This document shows positions 16,677 to 25,013 of a stretch of DNA of 29,410 bases, in pieces. Under the pieces are notes generated by a model that had not been told where the DNA came from, ran no database searches, and saw only the letters and a program-made list of their open reading frames with translations. Source of the stretch: a virus; the UHGV virus genome UHGV-0009628; one strand, given 5' to 3'. Each line of letters opens with the position of its first letter. Position 1 is the stretch's first letter. Both the position numbers and the translations under genes were made by a program.

Positions 16677-16821
16677 CCCGGAGACAAACGGTGATTTAAG
16701 TGCCGATATCCGGCAGCTTGAGAACGCGCTGGCACGCTGTGCCAGCCAGGTAAAAATGATTAAACACTGTCAGGACGAAAACGATGCTCAAACCCGACAG
16801 CCTGCGCAGGGCGCTGACTGA
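16531..16821 (+). CDS. lysC: Rz1-like outer-membrane lipoprotein spanin subunit LysC, embedded in lysB in the +1 frame
   Basis: 96 aa; signal peptide with lipobox LCAGC; GAGG SD; starts inside lysB and runs past its stop into the start of R. Confidence 0.8.
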   Translation: MKTKIFAAGTVLTCLMLCAGCTSARPAPTPVIVHNACPKVSLCPMPGSDPETNGDLSADIRQLENALARCASQVKMIKHCQDENDAQTRQPAQGAD

Positions 16822-17251
16822 TGCCGTCACGGTGCTGAAAACTAACCCCGATATGCTGCGGATATTCGTGGATAACGGGAGTATTGCCTCCACACTGGCG
16901 GCGTCGCTGTCATTCGAAAAGCGTTACACGCTCAATGTCATTGTGACCGACTTTACCGGTGATTTTGACCTGCTCATCGTGCCGGTGCTGGCGTGGCTGC
17001 GGGAAAATCAGCCCGACATCATGACCACCGACGCAGGCCAGAAAAAGGGCTTCACGTTTTATGCAGACATCAACAATGACAGCAGCTTTGATATCAGTAT
17101 CAGCCTGATGCTGACCGAGCGCACGCTGGTCAGTGAGGTTGACGGTGCGCTGCATGTGAAGAATATCCCGGAACCCACGCCGCCGGAGCCGGTCACCCGC
17201 CCGATGGAGCTTTATATCAATGGCGAACTGGTGAGCAAGTGGGATGAATGA
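16784..17251 (+). CDS. R: Tail completion protein R
   Basis: 155 aa, same length and position as P2 R. Confidence 0.88.
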   Translation: MLKPDSLRRALTDAVTVLKTNPDMLRIFVDNGSIASTLAASLSFEKRYTLNVIVTDFTGDFDLLIVPVLAWLRENQPDIMTTDAGQKKGFTFYADINNDSSFDISISLMLTERTLVSEVDGALHVKNIPEPTPPEPVTRPMELYINGELVSKWDE

Positions 17252-17696
17252 GTTTAAGCGTTTTGAAGACCGGCTGACCGGACTGGTTGAATCGCTGTCA
17301 CCGTCAGGGCGTCGGCGACTGAGCGCCGAACTGGCAAAACGTCTGCGGCAGAGTCAGCAGCGTCGGGTGATGGCACAGAAAGCCCCGGACGGCACACCCT
17401 ACGCGCCACGCCAGCAGCAGAGCGCCAGAAAAAAGACCGGTCGCGTTAAGCGAAAAATGTTTGCGAAACTTATCACCAGTCGCTTTTTGCATATCCGCGC
17501 CAGCCCGGAACAGGCATCAATGGAGTTTTACGGCGGGAAGTCACCGAAAATCGCCAGTGTGCATCAGTTCGGTCTGTCGGAAGAAACCCGGAAAGACGGT
17601 AAGAAAATTGATTATCCGGCGCGTCCTCTGCTCGGCTTTACCGGTGAGGATGTGCAGATGATTGAAGAGATTATTCTGGCTCACCTCGACCGTTAG
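17244..17696 (+). CDS. S: Tail completion protein S
   Basis: 150 aa, same length and position as P2 S. Confidence 0.88.
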   Translation: MNEFKRFEDRLTGLVESLSPSGRRRLSAELAKRLRQSQQRRVMAQKAPDGTPYAPRQQQSARKKTGRVKRKMFAKLITSRFLHIRASPEQASMEFYGGKSPKIASVHQFGLSEETRKDGKKIDYPARPLLGFTGEDVQMIEEIILAHLDR

Positions 17697-17728
17697 TTGT
17701 GCCATTCCTGACACCTCATCGTCACATT

Positions 17729-17750
17729 GCCGCCGGTATGACCCGGCGGC
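17729..17750 (+). other. GC-rich hairpin (8-bp perfect stem GCCGCCGG/CCGGCGGC, 6-nt loop) between S and V; possible operon-boundary terminator or attenuator
   Basis: Stem-loop read from sequence; the downstream tract ATCCTTCCCGTT is only weakly U-rich, so intrinsic terminator function is uncertain. Confidence 0.35.
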
Positions 17751-17762
17751 ATCCTTCCCGTT

Positions 17763-18398
17763 ATGAACACTCTCGCAAATATTCAGGAACTCGCGCGCGC
17801 ACTGCGCAACATGATTCGCACCGGCCTTGTCGTCGAAACCAACCTTAAAGCCGGTCGCTGCCGTGTGCAGACCGGCGGCATGTGCACCGACTGGCTTCAG
17901 TGGCTGACCTGTCGTGCCGGGCGTTCGCGCACATGGTGGGCACCTTCCGTGGGGGAACAGGTGCTGATTCTGGCCGTGGGCGGTGAACTCGACACGGCGT
18001 TCGTTCTGCCGGGGATTTATTCCGGCGATAACCCCGCGCCGTCTGCGTCGGCGGATGCCCTGCATATCCGTTTCCCTGACGGGGCGGTGATTGAGTATGA
18101 ACCTGAAACCAGCGCACTCACGGCAAGCGGAATTAAAACAGCCAGCGTGACGGCTTCTGATTCTGTTACTGCCACGGTGCCGGTGGTCATGGTGAAAGCA
18201 TCAACCCGCGTCACCCTGGACACACCGGAGGTGGTCTGCACCAACAGGCTGATTACCGGCACGCTGGAAGTGCAGAAGGGCGGGACGATGCGCGGCAACA
18301 TTGAACACACCGGCGGTGAACTCTCATCAAACGGTAAGGTACTGCACACCCATAAACACCCCGGCGACAGCGGCGGCACAACCGGGAGTCCTCTATGA
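17763..18398 (+). CDS. V: Baseplate central spike protein
   Basis: 211 aa, same length and position as P2 V. Confidence 0.88.
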   Translation: MNTLANIQELARALRNMIRTGLVVETNLKAGRCRVQTGGMCTDWLQWLTCRAGRSRTWWAPSVGEQVLILAVGGELDTAFVLPGIYSGDNPAPSASADALHIRFPDGAVIEYEPETSALTASGIKTASVTASDSVTATVPVVMVKASTRVTLDTPEVVCTNRLITGTLEVQKGGTMRGNIEHTGGELSSNGKVLHTHKHPGDSGGTTGSPL

Positions 18399-18742
18399 CA
18401 GCGCGTTATCTCGGAATGAATCGCAGTGATGGCCTGACGGTCACTGACCTCGAGCATATCAGCCAGAGTATCGGCGATATCCTGCGCACACCAGTCGGCT
18501 CACGGGTGATGCGTCGTGATTATGGCTCGTTGCTGGCGTCAATGATTGACCAGCCGCAGACCCCGGCGCTTGAGTTGCAGATTAAGGTCGCCTGTTACAT
18601 GGCGGTGCTGAAATGGGAACCCCGCGTCACCCTGTCATCCGTCACCACTGAGCGCAGTTTTGACGGGCGAATGACGGTCACGTTAACCGGCCAGCACAAC
18701 GACACCGGCCAGCCACTTTCGTTAACCATCCCTGTGAGTTGA
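18395..18742 (+). CDS. W: Baseplate wedge protein (T4 gp25-like)
   Basis: 115 aa, coupled to the V stop; same length and position as P2 W. Confidence 0.88.
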   Translation: MTARYLGMNRSDGLTVTDLEHISQSIGDILRTPVGSRVMRRDYGSLLASMIDQPQTPALELQIKVACYMAVLKWEPRVTLSSVTTERSFDGRMTVTLTGQHNDTGQPLSLTIPVS

Positions 18743-18746
18743 AACC

Positions 18747-19655
18747 ATGCCGATTATCGACCTGAACCAGCTACCCGCACCGGATGTGGTCGAGGAGCTG
18801 GACTTTGAAACCATTCTTGCCGAACGCAAGGCGACACTGATTTCCCTTTACCCGGAAGACCAGCAGGAGGCGGTCGCCCGTACCCTGACGCTGGAATCCG
18901 AGCCTCTCGTCAAACTGCTGGAGGAAAATGCGTATCGCGAGCTTATCTGGCGTCAGCGTGTGAATGAGGCTGCACGGGCGGTGATGCTGGCCTGTGCAGC
19001 CGGTAATGACCTTGATGTTATTGGTGCCAATTACAACACCACGCGCCTGACTATCACCCCGGCAGATGATTCGACCATCCCGCCGACACCGGCAGTGATG
19101 GAGTCTGACACTGATTATCGTCTGCGTATTCAGCAGGCGTTTGAGGGCTTAAGCGTCGCCGGGTCGGTGGGAGCCTATCAGTATCATGGTCGCAGTGCCG
19201 ACGGGCGTGTCGCGGATATCTCTGTCACCAGTCCGTCTCCGGCCTGCGTCACTATCTCTGTGCTGTCACGTGAAAATAACGGCGTCGCATCCGAAGACCT
19301 GCTGGCCGTGGTGCGTAACGCCCTTAATGGCGAGGACGTCAGGCCGGTGGCCGACCGCGTGACCGTGCAGTCTGCCGCCATTGTTGAATATCAGATAAAC
19401 GCCACGCTTTACCTTTACCCTGGTCCCGAAAGCGAACCCATCCGCGCTGCTGCCGTGAAAAAACTGGAAGCGTATATCACGGCACAGCACCGGCTGGGGC
19501 GCGACATCCGTCTGTCTGCCATTTATGCCGCTTTGCATGTGGAGGGCGTGCAGCGTGTCGAGCTGGCCGCACCACTGGCTGACATCGTGCTCAACAGTAC
19601 GCAGGCGTCTTTCTGTACCGAATACCGCGTCGTGACCGGAGGCTCGGATGAGTGA
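18747..19655 (+). CDS. J: Baseplate wedge protein J
   Basis: 302 aa, same length and position as P2 J. Confidence 0.88.
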   Translation: MPIIDLNQLPAPDVVEELDFETILAERKATLISLYPEDQQEAVARTLTLESEPLVKLLEENAYRELIWRQRVNEAARAVMLACAAGNDLDVIGANYNTTRLTITPADDSTIPPTPAVMESDTDYRLRIQQAFEGLSVAGSVGAYQYHGRSADGRVADISVTSPSPACVTISVLSRENNGVASEDLLAVVRNALNGEDVRPVADRVTVQSAAIVEYQINATLYLYPGPESEPIRAAAVKKLEAYITAQHRLGRDIRLSAIYAALHVEGVQRVELAAPLADIVLNSTQASFCTEYRVVTGGSDE

Positions 19656-20259
19656 TTCGCGTCTGCTGCCGACCGGCTCATCACCGCTTGAAATTGCTGC
19701 CGCGAAAGCCTGTGCGGAAATTGAAAAAACGCCGGTCAGTATTCGTGAGCTGTGGAACCCGGACACCTGCCCGGCAAATCTGCTGCCGTGGCTGGCGTGG
19801 GCCTTTTCGGTCGACAGGTGGGATGAAAAGTGGCCGGAAGCGACAAAACGCGCCGTTATCCGCGATGCCTATTTCATCCACTGTCATAAGGGTACTGTCG
19901 GCGCAATCCGGCGTGTTGTGGAGCCGCTCGGCTATCTGATTGAAGTGAGGGAGTGGTGGCAGCTCAACGAGGAGCCGGGGACGTTCCGTATCGTTGTTGG
20001 CGTGCTTGAGCAGGGTATTACCGAAGAAATGTATCTGGAGCTGGAACGTCTCGTTGCTGATGCAAAACCGGCGAGCCGCCATCTGACGGGACTGGCTATC
20101 AGTTTAAGTACAACCGGCAACATTTTTGCCGGAACGGGATGCTATCACGGTGACGCCCTGACGGTTTATCCCTACACCCCGGAGGCCATTATTGTCGGAG
20201 GGGATTATTTCCCGGCCTCGGTCATTCATTTAATTGATAACCTGAGAGTAAACGCATGA
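19648..20259 (+). CDS. I: Baseplate protein I
   Basis: 203 aa, between J and H as in P2; N-terminus MSDSRLLPTGSSPLE. Confidence 0.85.
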   Translation: MSDSRLLPTGSSPLEIAAAKACAEIEKTPVSIRELWNPDTCPANLLPWLAWAFSVDRWDEKWPEATKRAVIRDAYFIHCHKGTVGAIRRVVEPLGYLIEVREWWQLNEEPGTFRIVVGVLEQGITEEMYLELERLVADAKPASRHLTGLAISLSTTGNIFAGTGCYHGDALTVYPYTPEAIIVGGDYFPASVIHLIDNLRVNA

Positions 20260-22067
20260 CAGTGAAATACTACGCCATTCTGACTAATCAGGGCGCAGCA
20301 CGACTGGCTAACGCGACGATGCTCGGCAGTAAGCTGAATCTGACGCAAATGGCCGTTGGTGATGCGAATGGTGTCTTGCCGACACCAGACCCGGTACAGA
20401 CAAAACTGATTAACCAGAAACGCATTGCACCGCTGAATCTTCTGAGTGTTGACCCTAACAATCAGAGCCAGATTATTGCGGAGCAAATTATCCCTGAAAA
20501 CGAGGGAGGATTCTGGATCCGTGAGATTGGGCTTTATGATGATGAAGGCGTACTCATTGCGGTGGCGAACTGCCCGGAAACGTACAAACCGCAGTTGCAG
20601 GAAGGCAGTGGTCGTACCCAGACTATCCGCATGATTCTGGTTGTCTCGAATACCGAAGCCATCACGCTGAAAATCGATCCGTCGGTGGTACTGGCGACCC
20701 GTAAATATGTGGATGACAAAATCTCAGAACACGAACAGTCACGACGACACCCGGATGCATCGCTGACCGCAAAAGGTTTTACTCAGTTAAGCAGCGCAAC
20801 CAACAGCACGTCTGAAACACTGGCCGCAACGCCGAGAGCGGTAAAGATCGCGTATGACCTTGCTAACGGGAAATATACTGCACAGGACGCGACCACAGCG
20901 CGAAAAGGTCTTGTCCAGCTCAGTAGTGCCACCAACAGCGATTCTGAAACGCTTGCGGCAACGCCAAAGGCGGTAAAGACAGCATATGACCTTGCTAACG
21001 GGAAATATACCGCACAGGACGCGACCACAGCGCGAAAAGGTCTTGTCCAGCTCAGTAGCGCCACCAACAGCGATTCTGAAACGCTTGCGGCAACGCCAAA
21101 GGCGGTAAAGACAGCATATGACCTTGCTAACGGGAAATATACCGCACAGGACGCGACCACAGCGCGAAAAGGCCTTGTCCAGCTCAGCAGCGCCACTAAC
21201 AGCACGTCAGAAACGCAGGCTGCCACACCAAAAGCCGTGAAGGCTGTATATGACCTTGCCAATGGAAAACAACCTGCCGACGCCATACTGACCGCACTGG
21301 CAGGCCTTGCCACTGCGGCAGACAAACTTCCGTATTTTACGGGGAATGATACAGCCAGCCTGACAACCCTGACTAACGTTGGACGGAATATTCTGGATAA
21401 AGCAAGCACACAGGCGGTTATTCAATATCTTGGTCTGAGCGATGCAAGTGGATACGTTGGACGCTGGCTGAATACCCGGGTTTTCACCTCATCAGGTACG
21501 TACACCCCGACGCCAGGAACAAAACGGATCAGGGTCACAATAACGGGCGGCGGTGGCGGAGGGGGCGGCTGCAAGGCTACATCCAATAATGAAACGTTTT
21601 TCGGTGCTGGCGGTGGGGCCGGTGGAACAATAATTTCAATAATGACCCCGACACAGAATAGTTATCCAGTCACTATCGGCGCAGGTGGGGCCGGTGGTGT
21701 TAGTGCGACGAACGGCACCAGTGGCGGGAATAGCGTATTTGCATCGTTAATTGCTCCTGGTGGCGCAGGTGGCGGGAAAGTGGGAGTTACAAATACAAAC
21801 GGCGGTAACGGAGGTGTGCCGAATACTGGCGATATCCGCATCACTGGTGGAAATGGAGGCGACGGTCAGTCCGGAAATATCAGCGTCAGCGGTGAAGGCG
21901 GAACATCGTACTGGGGTGGCGGTGGACGCGCAGGCGCTGGCGGTGGCGTTAGCGGCAAGGCATATGGTTCAGGCGGAGGTGGTGCATACGATGCCGGTTA
22001 TAGCGGAACCAGTATGACGGGCGGGAAAGGCGCTGCAGGGATTTGTATTATCGAGGAGTTTGCATAA
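20256..22067 (+). CDS. H: Tail fibre protein H, with internal tandem fibre repeats and a glycine-rich distal domain
   Basis: 603 aa; conserved N-terminal baseplate-attachment region, four tandem 44-aa repeats, then a C-terminal domain dominated by GG/GGxGG runs. Confidence 0.9.
   Translation: MTVKYYAILTNQGAARLANATMLGSKLNLTQMAVGDANGVLPTPDPVQTKLINQKRIAPLNLLSVDPNNQSQIIAEQIIPENEGGFWIREIGLYDDEGVLIAVANCPETYKPQLQEGSGRTQTIRMILVVSNTEAITLKIDPSVVLATRKYVDDKISEHEQSRRHPDASLTAKGFTQLSSATNSTSETLAATPRAVKIAYDLANGKYTAQDATTARKGLVQLSSATNSDSETLAATPKAVKTAYDLANGKYTAQDATTARKGLVQLSSATNSDSETLAATPKAVKTAYDLANGKYTAQDATTARKGLVQLSSATNSTSETQAATPKAVKAVYDLANGKQPADAILTALAGLATAADKLPYFTGNDTASLTTLTNVGRNILDKASTQAVIQYLGLSDASGYVGRWLNTRVFTSSGTYTPTPGTKRIRVTITGGGGGGGGCKATSNNETFFGAGGGAGGTIISIMTPTQNSYPVTIGAGGAGGVSATNGTSGGNSVFASLIAPGGAGGGKVGVTNTNGGNGGVPNTGDIRITGGNGGDGQSGNISVSGEGGTSYWGGGGRAGAGGGVSGKAYGSGGGGAYDAGYSGTSMTGGKGAAGICIIEEFA
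20772..21299 (+). repeat. Four tandem 132-bp in-frame repeats inside H (units start 20772, 20904, 21036, 21168)
   Basis: Units 2 and 3 nearly identical at DNA level; each encodes KGLVQLSSATNSDSETLAATPKAVKTAYDLANGKYTAQDATTAR-type 44-aa tail-fibre repeats. Confidence 0.9.
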
Positions 22068-22477
22068 TGAATGCGTCATATGCAGTTATTGAAAATGGGA
22101 TGGTTGTTAATGTCATTGTCTGGGATGGTGAGGATGAATTCACTGTGCCGGATAATCTGCAGCTCATTAATATTTCTGATATCAGTGAGCAGCCCGGAAT
22201 CGGCTGGGCGTATTCAGACGGGGTATTTACTGCACCACCCACTCCGGAACGTTCTCATGATGAACTGGTAGCTGACGCTGAACAGAAAAAACAGTCGTTG
22301 ATAGACGCAGCAATGGTCAATATCAGCGTGATTCAGTTAAAGCTGCAGGCCGGGCGCAAACTGACGCAAGAAGAAACTACCCGACTTAACGTTGTGCTGG
22401 ATTATATCGACGCTGTGACGGCAACAGATACCAGCACCGCACCGGATGTCATCTGGCCTGAACTGCAGGAGGCGTAG
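22067..22477 (+). CDS. G: Tail fibre assembly chaperone
   Basis: 136 aa from ATG at 22067 (TAATG overlap with H stop; track start 22043 is TTG); directly downstream of H as in P2. Confidence 0.8.
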   Translation: MNASYAVIENGMVVNVIVWDGEDEFTVPDNLQLINISDISEQPGIGWAYSDGVFTAPPTPERSHDELVADAEQKKQSLIDAAMVNISVIQLKLQAGRKLTQEETTRLNVVLDYIDAVTATDTSTAPDVIWPELQEA

Positions 22478-22685
22478 GCCATTCAATATCTGACGTACCG
22501 GAAGTATCGGACCGCTCCGGTGCGTACAGGTAATCCAGCCACAAATTATATTGCGCCAGTACCTCAGACCTGCCGGGCTATTGCTTACTGTTCATGTATT
22601 TATTGGCCTGATTAATCAGTAGCTGTCTTTCTGGTCGTGTGGATCCTGCAAATCCTGAATGGTCGGAAATACCGCAATAAATACA

Positions 22686-22710
22686 GGCGGGCTGATTGCC
22701 CGCCTTTTTT
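22686..22710 (+). terminator. Rho-independent terminator ending the V-to-G tail operon
   Basis: GGCGGGC-TGATT-GCCCGCC hairpin followed by TTTTTT on the plus strand. Confidence 0.8.
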
Positions 22711-22807
22711 ATCTGTTGTTTCATCCCCTGACCAGCCAGGACAAATAGCATCTCATGCCCTGCACAACTGAAAATACCACTCACCCATTAACCACGGAGT
22801 TAAACGG

Positions 22808-23998
22808 ATGAGTGACTATCATCACGGCGTGCAGGTGCTGGAGATTAACGACGGCACACGCGTCATTTCCACCGTATCCACTGCCATTGTCGGCATGGTC
22901 TGTACGGCCAGCGATGCGGATGCGGAAACCTTCCCCCTCAATAAACCGGTGCTGATTACCAATGTGCAGAGCGCAATTGCAAAGGCCGGTAAAAAAGGCA
23001 CGCTGGCGGCGTCGTTGCAGGCCATCGCTGACCAGTCAAAACCGGTCACCGTTGTTGTACGTGTGGAAGACGGCACCGGCGAAGACGAAGAAACGAAACT
23101 TGCGCAGACCGTTTCCAATATCATCGGCACCACCGACGAAAACGGTCAGTACACCGGACTGAAAGCCCTGCTGGCGGCGGAGTCGGTAACCGGTGTTAAA
23201 CCGCGTATTCTCGGCGTGCCGGGACTGGACACCAAAGAGGTGGCTGTTGCACTGGCATCAGTCTGTCAGAAGCTGCGCGCTTTCGGATATATCAGTGCAT
23301 GGGGCTGTAAGACCATTTCCGAGGTGAAAGCCTACCGCCAGAATTTCAGCCAGCGTGAGCTGATGGTCATCTGGCCGGATTTCCTCGCATGGGATACGGT
23401 CACCAGTACCACCGCCACCACGTATGCCACCGCCCGTGCGCTGGGCATGCGCGCTAAAATCGACCAGGAGCAGGGCTGGCATAAAACGCTGTCCAATGTC
23501 GGGGTGAACGGTGTTACCGGCATCAGCGCATCCGTCTTCTGGGATTTGCAGGAGTCCGGCACCGATGCTGACCTGCTTAACGAGTCAGGCGTCACTACGC
23601 TGATTCGCCGCGACGGTTTCCGCTTCTGGGGTAACCGTACCTGCTCCGATGACCCGCTGTTCCTCTTTGAAAACTACACCCGCACCGCGCAGGTGCTGGC
23701 CGATACGATGGCTGAGGCGCACATGTGGGCGGTGGACAAGCCCATCACCGCAACGCTGATTCGCGACATCGTTGACGGCATCAATGCCAAATTCCGTGAG
23801 CTGAAAACAAACGGCTATATCGTGGATGCGACCTGCTGGTTCAGCGAAGAATCCAACGATGCGGAAACCCTCAAGGCCGGAAAACTGTATATCGACTACG
23901 ACTATACCCCGGTGCCTCCTCTCGAAAACCTGACCCTGCGCCAGCGTATCACCGATAAATATCTGGCAAATCTGGTCACCTCGGTTAACAGCAATTAA
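22808..23998 (+). CDS. FI: Contractile tail sheath protein
   Basis: 396 aa, same length and position as P2 FI. Confidence 0.92.
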   Translation: MSDYHHGVQVLEINDGTRVISTVSTAIVGMVCTASDADAETFPLNKPVLITNVQSAIAKAGKKGTLAASLQAIADQSKPVTVVVRVEDGTGEDEETKLAQTVSNIIGTTDENGQYTGLKALLAAESVTGVKPRILGVPGLDTKEVAVALASVCQKLRAFGYISAWGCKTISEVKAYRQNFSQRELMVIWPDFLAWDTVTSTTATTYATARALGMRAKIDQEQGWHKTLSNVGVNGVTGISASVFWDLQESGTDADLLNESGVTTLIRRDGFRFWGNRTCSDDPLFLFENYTRTAQVLADTMAEAHMWAVDKPITATLIRDIVDGINAKFRELKTNGYIVDATCWFSEESNDAETLKAGKLYIDYDYTPVPPLENLTLRQRITDKYLANLVTSVNSN

Positions 23999-24010
23999 GG
24001 AGCCTGACCG

Positions 24011-24529
24011 ATGGCAATGCCGCGCAAACTCAAGTTAATGAACGTCTTTCTGAACGGCTACAGCTATCAGGGCGTTGCAAAGTCCCTCACGCTGCCAAAA
24101 CTGACCCGTAAGCTCGAAAACTATCGCGGTGCGGGGATGAACGGCAGCGCACCGGTAGACCTCGGCCTTGATGACGATGCGCTGTCAATGGAGTGGTCGC
24201 TCGGTGGCTTCCCGGATTCGGTTATCTGGGAGCTTTACGCCGCAACCGGTGTGGATGCTGTGCCGATTCGTTTTGCAGGCTCTTACCAGCGTGACGATAC
24301 CGGCGAAACGGTGGCCGTCGAAGTGGTCATGCGTGGACGTCAGAAAGAAATCGACACCGGCGAGGGTAAACAGGGAGAAGACACCGAGTCGAAAATCTCC
24401 GTGGTCTGCACCTATTTCCGGCTGACGATGGACGGCAAGGAGCTGGTCGAAATCGACACCATCAACATGATTGAGAAGGTGAACGGCGTCGACCGGCTGG
24501 AGCAACACCGCCGAAATATCGGCCTGTGA
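24011..24529 (+). CDS. FII: Tail tube protein
   Basis: 172 aa, same length and position as P2 FII. Confidence 0.92.
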   Translation: MAMPRKLKLMNVFLNGYSYQGVAKSLTLPKLTRKLENYRGAGMNGSAPVDLGLDDDALSMEWSLGGFPDSVIWELYAATGVDAVPIRFAGSYQRDDTGETVAVEVVMRGRQKEIDTGEGKQGEDTESKISVVCTYFRLTMDGKELVEIDTINMIEKVNGVDRLEQHRRNIGL

Positions 24530-24585
24530 TTTTCATCCGGTCAGCATGGCTGACCGGTTAACCCTGATTCAGAAGTGAGAAAACC

Positions 24586-24861
24586 ATGAACAAAGAAAAT
24601 GTGATTACCCTGGACAATCCGGTCAAGCGTGGTGAGCAGGTTATCGAACAGGTCACGCTGATGAAACCCAATGCCGGGACGCTGCGCGGTGTCAGTCTGG
24701 CTGCGGTCGCAAACTCCGAAGTCGATGCACTGATTAAGGTGCTGCCGCGCATGACGGCACCGATGCTGACCGAGCAGGAAGTCGCCGCGCTGGAACTGCC
24801 TGACCTTGTGGCGCTGGCCGGTAAGGTGGTCGGTTTTTTGTCGCCGAACTCGGTGCAGTGA
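24586..24861 (+). CDS. E: Tail assembly chaperone E (zero-frame product)
   Basis: 91 aa, immediately upstream of the tape measure gene; slippery heptamer near its 3' end. Confidence 0.88.
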   Translation: MNKENVITLDNPVKRGEQVIEQVTLMKPNAGTLRGVSLAAVANSEVDALIKVLPRMTAPMLTEQEVAALELPDLVALAGKVVGFLSPNSVQ

Positions 24862-25013
24862 CGTTTCCGAAAAATCTGTCGGTCGATGACCTGATGGCGG
24901 ATGTGGCTGTGATATTTCACTGGCCGCCATCAGAACTGTATCCCATGAGCCTGACCGAACTCATCACATGGCGCGAAAAGGCGCTCCGGCGAAGCGGAAA
25001 CACGAATGAGTAA
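24586..25013 (+). CDS. E: Tail assembly chaperone E+E', made by programmed -1 ribosomal frameshift at T_TTT_TTG (24834-24840)
   Basis: Slippery heptamer sits in the E frame as X_XXY_YYZ; the -1 frame stays open from the slip site to TAA at 25011-25013, giving about 142 aa and overlapping the T start by 8 nt. Confidence 0.75.

Noticed and set aside
17698-17715. Possible Ogr-binding element upstream of V
   Set aside because: Reads TGT-N10-ACA rather than the canonical TGT-N12-ACA; not reported as a site.
20772-21299. Possible CRISPR array
   Set aside because: The repeats are in-frame coding repeats of the tail fibre with 132-bp period and no unique spacers.
20783-21409. 208-aa minus-strand ORF with internal repeats
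   Set aside because: Mirror image of the tandem 132-bp repeats inside H; an artefact of the repeat structure.
22578-22784. 68-aa minus-strand ORF in the G-FI intergenic region
   Set aside because: GTG start, no SD, and it runs straight through the terminator hairpin at 22686-22710; more likely a chance ORF than a Z/fun-like gene, though the interval is flagged as an empty cargo slot.
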